A stretch of DNA of 63,210 nucleotides, the filler included, from Craspedostauros australis (taxonomy: Eukaryota), in the NCBI GenBank assembly GCA_030167865.1. It is 21 parts of 21 records of this genome, joined end to end, with 100 filler letters (N's around TTAATTAATTAA, not from the genome) between each part and the next. Parts side by side here need not be neighbours in the genome. Positions count along the whole stretch, not along the records: positions 41,000 to 47,696 come from JALAGF010001763.1; positions 47,797 to 49,974 come from JALAGF010001764.1; positions 50,075 to 52,894 come from JALAGF010001765.1; positions 52,995 to 56,679 come from JALAGF010001766.1; positions 56,780 to 59,441 come from JALAGF010001767.1; positions 59,542 to 61,382 come from JALAGF010001769.1; 15 more parts are not named here. One strand, written 5' to 3'. The notes beneath the pieces were generated by a model. The model had not been told where the DNA came from and did not search any database. It saw only the letters and a list, made by a program, of their open reading frames with translations. Made by a program: the position numbers and the translations under genes. Shown one piece after another: positions 47,000 to 59,542 of this stretch (position 1 is the stretch's first letter; each line of letters begins with the position of its first letter).

Positions 47000-47696
47000 A
47001 TGGATGACACCAAAGATATGACAAACAGAACCATTGACCTCCAAGCCCAAGCGTCCCCACAAGCAGGCTCGAAGACTGAGGCCACCAAGCCCAACAACAT
47101 GTCCGATACCACCATGGACAACGAACACGAGATCATCCACCAATCCATCAAGGAGAAGTCTTTCATCGACCATCTCAAGTTCATCATCGAACTCAAATCC
47201 GACCTCGTCTTCTCCACTTGGTACGATGAGAAGGGAAAGGCAGTCAATAACTACACCTTCCATCAGATCTGGGATGAAGCGGGACAGTGCGCCCACCTCC
47301 TTCGCAACAAGTGGGGCGTCAACAAGGGCGATCGCGTCGTTCTCTGCTACGACTTCGGACTCCATTTCTTCGCGGTATTCTTGGGATGTCTCCGCGCAGG
47401 CGTGACTGCAGTGCTGGTCTATCCTCCGGGACCTCCGCTCGTCAAGTCACTAGCCAAGATGAACAAGGTGGTCGAGGATTGCTCGCCAGCCCTCATTCTC
47501 ACCCAGACAACCATCTCCATGTTCCGTGCCGCCGATCGAGCCAACCCAGTATCGAAGAGCCGCGCCATGTGGCCAAGCGGAGTGAAGTTTCAAGTCACCG
47601 ATCGCACCATTCACCATGATGCGTTTGCCGGACACGAGAACAGTGCGAAACGACCGCGCAGGAGCTTTCTGTCCCGTGCCATCTCCAGTCGTTCGT
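47000..47696 (+). CDS. N-terminus of a second fatty acyl-AMP ligase (paralogue of 13800..17837), 3' truncated
   Basis: KGDRVVLCYDFGLHFFAVFLGCLRAGVTAVLVYPP. The overlapping segment LTQTTISMFRAADRANPVSKSRAMWPSG is similar but not identical to the other copy. Confidence 0.9.
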
Positions 47697-47796
47697 NNNN
47701 NNNNNNNNNNNNNNNNNNNNNNNNNNNNNNNNNNNNNNNNTTAATTAATTAANNNNNNNNNNNNNNNNNNNNNNNNNNNNNNNNNNNNNNNNNNNN

Positions 47797-49974
47797 GAAG
47801 GTGTGAGTGAGACTCCACCACGAGAAGAGAAGGAAGCAGCCGCGGCTACTGTCCTATCAGGCGCATACACAAGCGCAATCGACGAGACCGAAGAAGAACG
47901 GTCTGCAAGACTACACTACGAGGAGAAGAGGATTCTCAAGGCGGCCAAGCAAGAGGAGACTGGTGTGACGAAGAGCATTCGCACAGCCAAACAGAGTGGG
48001 AAAAGTGAGACACCACCAGGAGGAGAATTTGTGANNAAANCAATCNNCGCGNAACAACANGCGAAAATCGAAAAAGTGACAACACAGAAACAAACGGAAA
48101 TCAAGGGCGCGAGCGCACCAACAACGAAACAACGAATCAACATGGCAACATCAGCCAACGTGAACAAACGACGCATCAAGGCGCCGATGTTCAGTGGTGA
48201 ACAGGAAGACTACAGCGCATGGGAGTCCCAAGCGAAGGCATACGCTCGTGCACAGAAGACGAGAGACATGATGTTGGGCAAGACCAAGATGCCAACAGTG
48301 AGTGAGATCGCTGCAGCCACCGATGAAGCCAAGGAAGCGATGGAAGAGATCTATGAGCTGGGATGCGACTGCTTCAGCGATCTGATCCTCATGATGGATG
48401 CAGAGAAAGGGAAAGGCAAGCAAGCCATCCAGTACATCAATCAATGCGTCTCCGACGATTATCCCGATGGAGATCCACACGCAGCGTGGAACGTTCTCGC
48501 GGAGAAGTTCTGACCATCCGACGCAGCAACAAAGATCAAACTCAAGCGTCAATTCAACAACGAAAAGATGAAGAAAGACTTGGATCCCGACATCTACATC
48601 ACGCAACTCGAGAGTCTACGATCGCGTCTCCACGATGTCAAGTACAAGATCACAGACGAAGAGATGATCATGCAGATCCTCAGCACGGTGAGCAACGAAT
48701 ACAGAACTCACATTGTGAACTTCCAACACCAACTCACGTTCAATCCGGAACTCGTTACCATCAATGCAATCAGAGGAGTACTCCGCACAACATACGCCAC
48801 TCATCAAGGAGGCAAGGCGTACATCGACGACTTCCAAGACAGTAACACGAAGAGCAACGACACCGGCTTCGCGAGCACCGGTAACTTCAAGGGGACCTGC
48901 CACAACTGTGGTGTGTATGGTCAAAGATCCGCCGATTGCCCAGAACGCAAGAAATCGAACAACAACAACAACAAGATGAACGGAAAGCGCAACAACAACC
49001 GCAACAAAGGAAGCGGCTTCAACGGGAAGTGCAACTACTGTGGCATCTTCGGACACTGCGAGGCGGAGTGCCGAAAGAAGAAGTTCAACGAGAAGAAGAA
49101 GGCCAACAAACAGGTCAACACAGCAACGGAAGGACACGACAAGAGCGGGCACGAGATGGTACTCTCGGCAAAAGACATGCCACTCTGCATGTTGGTGTCC
49201 AACGACTACATCAAAGACTCCTTCTTCGATAACTTCGAATACGTCGGGAGTGACGACGAAGTGCAGGACGATGAGATCGTCTCGTAGTGGCTCAGCGAGG
49301 AGCCCATCATCCACGAGGTGGGTCCAAGACGCGAAGTGAGCTACGAATGCTGCTTCAACGCAAACGACCTGATCGGTTCATACGGCGACGAAGCTGAGAT
49401 GGACAACGAGGCCATCGACATCGACATCGAAGAGGCCATGAGCGATGACGACGACGACAACGACGCCGACGAGGACGGCGCAGATGAAGACGACGAGGCA
49501 AACCGCGGCGCAGCGCCGCCTCCTCCAGCAGCGGGGAACAACAGATCGGGCATCTTCGACGAAGATGACAGCGACGAATCCGAGGACGGGAATCATCCGG
49601 ACGACAGCTTCAATCCAAACGAGTGTGTCATCTACNNNNNNNNNNNNNNNNNNNNNNNNNNNNNNNNNNNNNNNNNNNNNNNNNNNNNNNNNNNNCACAG
49701 CACCATCCCGAATGCAACAGCAACAGCATTGATAATCCAAAAGCAGCTCATCTTTGACGCCGTAATGGAAGCGGGGATGCGAATGTTCTCAGGAACCGCA
49801 CGAGGAGTGCTGAGACCAATATGGGTGAACATGATGGGATCCATCCTATCCGAGCACTTCGAATCAATCGAAGAGATCCTTATCAATGCGATCTGATAAT
49901 CAGCAATTACACACAGGACAAGAGGGGAGCACCAAACACTGCACTTACTACGCCGCCAGGGTGATCAAGCCAAG
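47797..49974 (+). mobile_element. Ty1/Copia gag region, pseudogenised
   Basis: FSGEQEDYSAW...PDGDPHAAW...DPDIYITQLE, with zinc knuckles CHNCGVYGQRSADC (H>Q) and CNYCGIFGHCEAEC. In-frame stops at 48511, 49285 and 49894 all lie in one frame. Confidence 0.9.
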
Positions 49975-50074
49975 NNNNNNNNNNNNNNNNNNNNNNNNNN
50001 NNNNNNNNNNNNNNNNNNTTAATTAATTAANNNNNNNNNNNNNNNNNNNNNNNNNNNNNNNNNNNNNNNNNNNN

Positions 50075-51509
50075 GTAGCATCACTTGGTGTCTCTGTGTT
50101 CCCAGGTGCTTCTCTCTACATTCATCATGCTCTGTTCTTGCTTCCTTATCTTGGCATCTTCGTTGTTTGCCTCTGCATGTTCATAGCCATCTACGTTTGC
50201 ATGGTAGGAATCCGCAGTCCTGTGTGCTTGTCTGTCATATAATTCGATCCTTGATTCCGTGACACCTCATCTCACAATTGGTGTCATCCTTGGTGATGTT
50301 CCAAACCTGCAGTTGTTCTGATCCTTTCTGATGTTGGCCACCTGTGGCATGTCTTGTCTGTAGGAGGGGCGCGTGCTGCTCTCCGGAGGGGGTGCGTCAC
50401 TTGCCCATTGCCCTGCTGTCTGTTCTGACTGACATCGCTGTCTGCATGGTTGCCATGATTGGTTTGATATCGGGACCTCCTGATCCACTTATGGTAGGGA
50501 GCCACATTGCCAGAGGACAGACAACCCTTCTTGTGGTAGGTCTGTGTTGGAAATCTGGGGTGATAGTAGTAGACTAATCTGGTATCAATCTGTACCGTTT
50601 TAGAACTGTGAGCACAACATGCTTATCTTCTTTCGATTCCAATTCCATAGCAAGCATGATCTGCAGTAGCAGCCCATGATCACGCTCTCGTGCATGGCTA
50701 CTTTCATCTGCATCCTCATCTTGCATTCACATTGGTTCATCGCCTGCTTTTCTTGATGTTGGTGAGCACCTACATTTGTCTGGTTCATACTCGTAGACCA
50801 GTAGGTACCTCACCCCTGGTCTCATGTCAGCTCACTGGTCCCACTTCGGTTTCATGCTATCGTGCCCTTCTTCTGGTCATCTCAATGGTTACTTTCTGCA
50901 TCTCAGGGATTTATCGTCACTTTGATTGTGGTCTTGGGCGATTAGGGATCGCCTCTGTTTGGCTTTCTCACCTACGGTTCTCAAGGACACATCGACTTGT
51001 TCAGGTATATTGGTTGTCGCACTCATTCGATTCACTCATGGGCTGATGTATTGTTGTTGACATAGATCTCTTGGTTCCCAACTGTTATTGGGACATGGCC
51101 AACTAGGCCACTGGATGAGGGTGCTTGGACGTCGCAAAAGACAGGTAAGGCCATTGGGCTGTCCAAGTGCAACTGGTCGATTGCTGTGTTGCGGTTTGTC
51201 TGGAGGATACTATTGGGAGTTGCGGTAATCATGGGTATCTTCGTACATAATACCATCGTGATTCCAGTCAGTCCCGATGGGAGCTGCGGTAATACACGGT
51301 ATCTTGGCAAAGTCGTACCCCCGATTCCTGACAGGTCTGGTGTCAATCACGCTCGTGTCCTTAATCATAGCCGTAATGACATGGTATTCAAAGGTGTGGC
51401 GAATAGTCTCCAAACATGTGACGAATAATATTCAAAGGTGTGGCAAATAATGTTGGGAGGTGTGGCAATCATGGATATTCCAACAAAGTCGTACCCTCGA
51501 TTCCTAACA
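50075..51509 (+). mobile_element. Solo-LTR-like element family A (outer copy), interrupted by family B
   Basis: After removing 50545..51333 it aligns to the reverse complement of 53695..54496. Ends GATTCCTAACA. Confidence 0.85.
50545..51333 (+). mobile_element. Solo-LTR-like element family B, 789 bp, TSD GGTCTG
   Basis: TGTTGGAAATC...GATTCCTGACA, flanked by GGTCTG at 50539-50544 and 51334-51339. Confidence 0.9.
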
Positions 51510-51920
51510 ACCCCATCTGGAGAATAAGACACGTGCCACCTGCGGACTAGAACAATTCAGAAAGAGCATCAAGCATGACACCAATCGTAAAACAGGTGTC
51601 AAGAGATCAAGGGCGAAACCTGTGACAAGTCAAGAGCATGACTGCGGAATCGTACCACATGAATGTAGATGATGATATGCATGATGATATGCATGATGAT
51701 ATGCATGATGATATGCATGATGATATGCATGATGATATGCATGATGAAAGGATCAATGAATACAAGCGAGAATGAAAAAGTATAACTTGATACTGCTGCA
51801 GAAGATGCTATAAGGGAAATGAAAGTCAAAAGAGATGAAGAGATTGAGCTCACAGTTCTAAAACTGTACAATCTAATATCAGATTAGGTTCCTACTAACT
51901 ACAACCCCGGATTTCCAACA
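51510..51920 (-). mobile_element. Partial LTR-like element family C with (GATATGCATGAT)n array
   Basis: Ends CCCCGGATTTCCAACA like family A. The counterpart ends at 55624. Confidence 0.75.
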
Positions 51921-52530
51921 TCGAACCTCAGTCTGGATTGGGTGACAATGTATCTGCTCAGCGCAGATGGGATGTTTGTGGAGCGATTAACGAGTCCGTC
52001 CATGAATGCGCTGCAACAGAGGGTGACGCTGTTCATGAAGTCCATGGACTACGACAAGCTGTGAGGCAGGGTTTTGAACGACAGTGGATCGCGGGGTTGT
52101 GCGTGTCACTAGCGTGGATGGATGATCGCACCTGCATGCGCATTTGTGCAAGCACGGTTGGTCCATTTGACTCAATCGTAGTTGCTCTCCATGTACTCTG
52201 TTGAATAGAAGCTATTTCGTTGATTGGCTGGTTGATTATCGTTGTACTAAGTATGTGTACGGTGTGTATGATCGGCATGGTGGGTATGGGAGGCGAACTA
52301 AGAGACATCGCCTTTTCCATCATGTGTATTGACATCATGTCGTCATGTATTATAGTCATGTAATGTATGTAGTGAAGTGTTGGATGTCATAAGGGGTGTG
52401 CCACCAACAAGTTCTCTTTTGTTGTGCATGGAGATGGAAGCTTCGTCAGATGCCATTGGATGCTGCACGAGTACGAATGGGCACCATGCGCCTGCCCTCC
52501 TCTTCTGCACTTGGAACAGACAGAACTGCC

Positions 52531-52894
52531 TCACTCCTTCGTCTTGAACATCTTGAGCTTGTCTTGAACTGATGCCAAGTGACGCACGATTCCCGGTGTA
52601 CACATATTGGTGCAGCCGAAGCGTCTCATGTCGGTGCACAAGATCGCAGGGTCGGTCAAGTAGTACTTGCCATTGGCCTTGACACCTTGAAGATCCGCCA
52701 CAATCAAGTACTCCTTGGAGAAGACGTACGAGAACTCCACGAAGCGAAGGTGCGACTCATCGATGTGGTTGGGATTCCAGGCTCCCGTGTTGCTGCAGTA
52801 CTTGGTGAACGGCGTTCCGGTGGTTGGCAGCACGTCTTCGCCGCAGTAGAAACCGTTTCCGTCTGCTTCATTTCTGTCGCTGACCTCCACCACG
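52531..52894 (-). CDS. Alpha-kinase (eEF2K/MHCK family) C-terminal part, 5' truncated
   Basis: FTKYCSNTG, LIVADLQG, LTDPAI, FGCTN. Confidence 0.9.
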
Positions 52895-53694
52895 NNNNNN
52901 NNNNNNNNNNNNNNNNNNNNNNNNNNNNNNNNNNNNNNTTAATTAATTAANNNNNNNNNNNNNNNNNNNNNNNNNNNNNNNNNNNNNNNNNNNNGTAGCA
53001 TCACTTGGTGTCTCTGTGTTCCCAGGTGCTTCTCTCTACATTCATCATGCTCTGTTCTTGCTTCCTTATCTTGGCATCTTCGTTGTTTGCCTCTGCATGT
53101 TCATAGCCATCTACGTTTGCATGGTAGGAATCCGCAGTCCTGTGTGCTTGTCTGTCATATAATTCGATCCTTGATTCCGTGACACCTCATCTCACAATTG
53201 GTGTCATCCTTGGTGATGTTCCAAACCTGCAGTTGTTCTGATCCTTTCTGATGTTGGCCACCTGTGGCATGTCTTGTCTGTAGGAGGGGCGCGTGCTGCT
53301 CTCCGGAGGGGGTGCGTCACTTGCCCATTGCCCTGCTGTCTGTTCTGACTGACATCGCTGTCTGCATGGTTGCCATGATTGGTTTGATATCGGGACCTCC
53401 TGATCCACTTATGGTAGGGAGCCACATTGCCAGAGGACAGACAACCCTTCTTGTGGTAGGTCTGTGTTGGAAATCTGGGGTGATAGTAGTAGACTAATCT
53501 GGTATCAATCTGTACCGTTTTAGAACTGTGAGCACAACATGCTTATCTTCTTTCGATTCCAATTCCATAGCAAGCATGATCTGCAGTAGCAGCCCATGAT
53601 CACGCTCTCGTGCATGGCTACTTTCATCTGCATCCTCATCTTGCATTCACATTGGTTCATCGCCTGCTTTGCTTGATGTTGGTGAGCACCTACA

Positions 53695-54496
53695 TGTTAG
53701 GAATCGAGGGTACAACTTTGTCGGAATATCCATGATTGCCGCACCTCCCAACATTATTCGCCACAGCTTTGAATATTATTTGTCACATGTTCGGAGACTA
53801 TTCGTCACACCTTTGAATACCATGTCATTGTGACTATGACTAAGGACACGGACGTGATTGATACCTGTACTACCGCGAGGAGGGTAGTCTGTCCTCTGGT
53901 AATGTAAGGACGACACCCATGGTGGATCAGGAGGTCCCAATACCAAACCAACCATGGCAACCATGCAGGCAACGACGTCAGTCAGAACAGCAGGTCAATA
54001 TGCAAGTGACGCACCCCCTTCAGAGGACAGCATGCGCCCCTCCTGCGGACACGAACATCCGCAGGTTTGGAACATCAGAAAGGATCAGAACATCCGCAGG
54101 TTTGGAACATCAGAAAGGATCAGAACATCCGCAGGTTTGGAACATCACCAAGGTTGACATCGATCGTGGGACGATGGTGTCATGAGATCAACAACGGAAA
54201 CATATGATAGGCAAGTGCTCAGGACTGCAGATTCCTACCATGCCAACGTAGACAGCTACGACGATGCAGAGGCAAGCAACAACGATGCCAAGATGAGGAA
54301 GCAAGAACAGAGCATGATGAGTGGGGAAAGAAACACCAAAGAACAACAGAGCGCCCCGAGTCGCCACCGCGACAGATGCCTACTATGCAAAATGAAATCG
54401 GAACAGAAAGTGAGATTGTATTCACAGTTCTAAAACGGTACAGCTTCTAACAGCAGATTAGACTACAGTACTAACTATGACCCCGGATTTCCAACA
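53695..54496 (-). mobile_element. Solo-LTR-like element family A, 802 bp, TSD CCTACA
   Basis: TGTTAGGAATC...GATTTCCAACA, flanked by CCTACA at 53689-53694 and 54497-54502. The empty site is at 50769-50774. Confidence 0.93.
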
Positions 54497-56234
54497 CCTA
54501 CATTTGTCTGGTGCATACTCGTAGACCAGTAGGTACCTCACCCCCGGTCTCATGTCAGCTCAGTGGTCCCACTTCGGTTTCATGCTATCGTGCCCTTCTT
54601 CTGGTCATCTCAATGGTTACTTTCTGCATCTCAGGGATTTATCGTCACTTTGATTGTGGTCTTGGGCGATTAGGGATCGCCTCTGTTTGGCTTTCTCACC
54701 TACGGTTCTCAAGGACACATCGACTTGTTCAGGTATATTGGTTGTCGCACTCATTCGATTCACTCATGGGCTGATGTATTGTTGTTGACATAGATCTCTT
54801 GGTTCCCAACTGTTATTGGGACATGGCCAACTAGGCCACTGGATGAGGGTGCTTGGACGTCGCAAAAGACAGGTAAGGCCATTGGGCTGTCCAAGTGCAA
54901 CTGGTCGATTGCTGTGTTGCGGTTTGTCTGGAGGATACTATTGGGAGTTGCGGCAATCATGGGTATCTTTGTACATAATACCATTGTGATTCCAGTCAGT
55001 CCCAATGGGAGCTGCGGTAATACACGGTATCTTGGCAAAGTCGTACCCCCGATTCCTGACAGGTCTGGTGTCAATCACGTTCGTGTCCTTTATCATAGTC
55101 GTAATGACATGGTATTCAAAGGTGTGACAAATAGTCTCCAAACATGTGGCGAATAATATTCAAAGGTGTGACAAATAATGTTGGGAGGTGTGGCAATCAT
55201 GGATATTCCAACAAAGTCGTACCCTCGATTCCTAACAACCCCATCTGGAGAATAAGACACGTGCCACCTGCGGACTAGAACAATTCAGAAAGAGCATCAA
55301 GCATGACACCAATCGTAAAACAGGTGTCAAGAGATCAAGGGCGAAACCTGTGACAAGTCAAGCGCATGACTGCGGAATCGTACCACATGAATGTAGATGA
55401 TGATATGCATGATGATATACATGATGATATGCATGATGATATGCATGATGAAAGGATCGATGAATACAAGCGAGAATGAAAAAGCATAACTTGATGCTGC
55501 TGCAGAAGATGCTATAAGGGAAATGAAAGTCAAAAGAGATGAAGAGATTGAGCTCACAGTTCTAAAACGGTACAATCTAATATCAGATTAGGTTCCTACT
55601 AACTGCAACCCCGGATTTCCAACATCGAACCTCAGTCTGGATTGGGTGACAATGTATCTGCTCAGCGCAGATGGGATGTTCGTGGAGCAATTAACGAGCC
55701 CGTCCATGAATGCGCTGCAACAGAGGGTGACGCTGATCATGAAGTCCATGGACTACGACAAGCTGTGAGGCAGGGTTTTGAACAACAGTGGATCGCGGGG
55801 TTGTGCGTGTCACTAGAGTGGATGGATGATCGCACCTACATGCGCATTTGTGCAAGCACGGTTGGTTCATTTGACTCAATCGCAGTTGTTCTAAATGCAC
55901 TCTGTTGAATAGAAGCTATTTCGTTGATTGGCTGGTTGATTATCGTTGTACTAAGTATGTGTACGGTGTGTATAATCGTTATGGTGGGCATGGAAGGCGA
56001 ACTAAGAGACATCGCCTTTTCCATCATGTGTATTGACGTCATGTCGTCATGTATAATAGTCATGTAATGTATGTAGTGAAGTGTTGGATGTCATAAGAGG
56101 TGTGCCACCAACGCGTTCTCTTGTGTTGTGAATGGAGATGGAAGCTTCGTTGGATGCCGTTGGATGCTGCACGAGTCCGAATGGGCACCATGCGCCTGCC
56201 CTCCTCTTCTGCACTTGGAACAGACAGAAGTGCC

Positions 56235-56679
56235 TCACTCTTTCGTCTTGAACATCTTGAGCTTGTCTTGAACTGATGCCAAGTGACGCACGATTCCCGG
56301 TGTACACATATTGGTGCAGCCGAAGCGTCTCATGTCGGTGCACAAGATCGCAGGGTCGGTCAAGTAGTACTTGCCATTGGCCTTGACACCTTGAAGATCC
56401 GCCACAATCAAGTACTCCTTGGAGAAGACGTACGAGAACTCCACGAAGCGAAGGAGCGACTCATCGATGTGATCGGGATGCCAGGCTCCCGTGTTGCTGC
56501 AGTACTTGGTGAATGGCGTTCCGGTGGTTGGCAGCACATCTTCACCACAGTAGAAACGGTTTCCGGCTGCTTCATTTCTGTCGCTGACCTCCTCCACCAC
56601 GCATGCCTGCAGAACCTTGATCATGGCACAGTGCGAAGGACGGAAGGCTGACTTGTTGTATTCGTTGGCAAGGAAGCAC
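56235..56679 (-). CDS. Alpha-kinase C-terminal part, second copy, 5' truncated
   Basis: The frame is open to the contig end (CFLANEYNK...) and carries the same catalytic motifs as 52531..52894. Confidence 0.9.
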
Positions 56680-56779
56680 NNNNNNNNNNNNNNNNNNNNN
56701 NNNNNNNNNNNNNNNNNNNNNNNTTAATTAATTAANNNNNNNNNNNNNNNNNNNNNNNNNNNNNNNNNNNNNNNNNNNN

Positions 56780-57582
56780 AAAGCAGGCGATGAACCAATG
56801 TGAATGCAAGATGAGGATGCAGATGAAAGTAGCCATGCACGAGAGCGTGATCATGGGCTGCTACTGCAGATCATGCTTGCTATGGAATTGGAATCGAAAG
56901 AAGATAAGCATGTTGTGCTCACAGTTCTAAAACGGTACAGATTGATACCAGATTAGTCTACTACTATCACCCCAGATTTCCAACACAGACCTACCACAAG
57001 AAGGGTTGTCTGTCCTCTGGCAATGTGGCTCCCTACCATAAGTGGATCAGGAGGTCCCGATATCAAACCAATCATGGCAACCATGCAGACAGCGATGTCA
57101 GTCAGAACAGACAGCAGGGCAATGGGCAAGTGACGCACCCCCTCCGGAGAGCAGCACGCGCCCCTCCTACAGACAAGACATGCCACAGGTGGCCAACATC
57201 AGAAAGGATCAGAACAACTGCAGGTTTGGAACATCACCAAGGATGACACCAATTGTGAGATGAGGTGTCACGGAATCAAGGATCGAATTATATGACAGAC
57301 AAGCACACAGGACTGCGGATTCCTACCATGCAAACGTAGATGGCTATGAACATGCAGAGGCAAACAACGAAGATGCCAAGATAAGGAAGCAAGAACAGAG
57401 CATGATGAATGTAGAGAGAAGCACCTGGGAACACAGAGACACCAAGTGATGCTACCGCAACAAATGCCTGCTATGAAAATGAAATTGGAAGAGAAAGTGA
57501 GATTGACCTCACGGTTCTAAAACGGCACAGTTTCTAACAGCAGATTAGATTAACGTACTAACTATAACTCTGCATTCCAATA
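56780..57582 (-). mobile_element. Third view of the A/B nest in reverse orientation, supplying the missing family A terminus
   Basis: 56780..57455 is the reverse complement of 50075..50750 and continues to a degenerate end, ...CATTCCAATA. Confidence 0.85.
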
Positions 57583-59542
57583 CACTCTCTGCTGCGACAC
57601 AGCACAACCCATTGAACTCAAACGAAATCTATCAAACTCCACAACACTCCACGTCTCTACACGAGCACTAGCACTAGGTGTGAGTCTGTCCTGCCACAAC
57701 GAAGGACTCCACACCAAGCCACATGCAAGATGTAAGATGCAAGATGCACTGAGGAAAGAGAGGTCCCACATCAAGGCAGCAGACAACACCACCCACAATT
57801 CTGGCATCAGCAGTTGAGACAAGATGAGCAACCAATGGCTTGTCCAAGCTTCTTTGCAGCTATTTATTCCATGGACAAAAATGGACAAATGCAATGGTAA
57901 TGGAAGTGGCACTGGCAGCAACACAGCAATGCAGAAGCAGAAACATGGCCGCACATGATGCAGAGAGAGGAAGTTGACACCACAGCTGCATGCTCTTCCA
58001 TTCGATTGAAGGAAGCTGAGGAGGGTGGCCCAACAAAGAGACCTCTCTTTTTGTCAAAGGCACATCAGAAAAAGTCAGAGCTGCAGCTTGTCCATCCTCT
58101 TTGGCATACTTTGCAGCATATGGACACGTGCATCATGGCAGGTACTTCCCACGAACTTGTCACGAAGTTGTCGCTGCCTGTCATTGCAGACTTATTCATT
58201 CATTCATCCATCCACATTCACATCACCCAGAATGGAATGCCGCTTCCAGCACACGCAGCAAACCACAAGTCTGAAGCAGTGATCTTTCCGCAGTCTCCCA
58301 TGACGTCAAGGTAAGCCATGTCCTCGTTGTTGCAATGCAATGGGATGAGATGACACGCTGCCATTGTCGCCTTGTCCGCATTTGAGGATGTCTGCATGAT
58401 GTGGTGATGTGGTGGTGATACGGTGATTTGGTATTGCCATCCTGTTCGGAACATCGCCGTGCTTTCACATTGCGCGCCAATTCTAACACAAGAATGATTG
58501 CTCCTCTTGTCTTTGAATGACACATCTCGCATCACATCATCTCATACTGCTTCACTCTATTCTCATGCAATGGGATACCGCCACCACCATTGTCACCACT
58601 CTTCCATTGCAGCAACTGTGGCAATGTAAGAATAAAATTAATTCAACCTCTACCAAGTATATCCACATCCAGTAATCACGACGACGACGCAGCGGCTGCG
58701 CCCGTCAATGTCAATGTCATTGTCACCATCTTCTCTTCGCGAATTCCACACGCATCTGATGGTTTGCAAGGAGATCACATGGCGGATGATGACAGCTGCA
58801 TGCCGCATCGCATGCCGCGCATCCGCCCAAATACAGCAATGGGATTGGCAGTAGCGGCAACATCAGGAACTGCAAGAAGAAGAGCACCAACAACAGCGGC
58901 GCGGCCCCATTAACAAGCTGCATATCACACACACAGCACAAGCAGATCGATCTACTCCTACTTTGCACATCAATCAACACCAACTGCTGTTCAGATGCCT
59001 GCGTTGATTCAAATATCATCCCAATCCATGGAATCATAGTCCTGCATCAATGGTCAACGTCAATGGTGACACTCACAATCCACTTTGTTATGCCACAGCT
59101 GCCTCCTCGCTGAGATCGAGAGCTGTGGATCTCACATTGTCTCCATCGACTTTGGCAGGTCCGTATACTCTGCCCAAATTCGAGTGGTGCACGCACATCT
59201 CTCAACTGCACCATCAAACCAGTCGTCGACAGCAGCATCAATCCCACTGGTGTGGCCGTCTTTGTAAACTGCGGCATGCAGTGGGTCGCCATCTGAAGCT
59301 CGATGTCGCCTCGCGCATCACCCCAGCAAGGCACGGGAAATCCGCTGAAACTGGCGGCTGGACGTGTTCGGTCAGTCCCCGATTCAATCGTGTTTACGAC
59401 AAAATACCTTTGGTCGGCAGGTTCAATCCCACGCTGTCGATNNNNNNNNNNNNNNNNNNNNNNNNNNNNNNNNNNNNNNNNNNNNTTAATTAATTAANNN
59501 NNNNNNNNNNNNNNNNNNNNNNNNNNNNNNNNNNNNNNNNNA

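Larger units (their letters stand above)
52995..56679. repeat. Second haplotype or duplicate of contig 50075..52894
   Basis: Starts at the same base and is colinear, apart from an 802-bp insertion and scattered substitutions. Confidence 0.92.

Noticed and set aside
13800..47696. Joining the two FAAL fragments into one gene, or treating the window as a biosynthetic cluster
   Set aside because: The overlapping segments differ substantially in protein sequence, and the contigs are concatenated artificially.
57583..59441. Short ORFs after the family A terminus
   Set aside because: The region is stop-riddled and partly CpG-poor, with no identifiable domain. It is probably decayed repeat.
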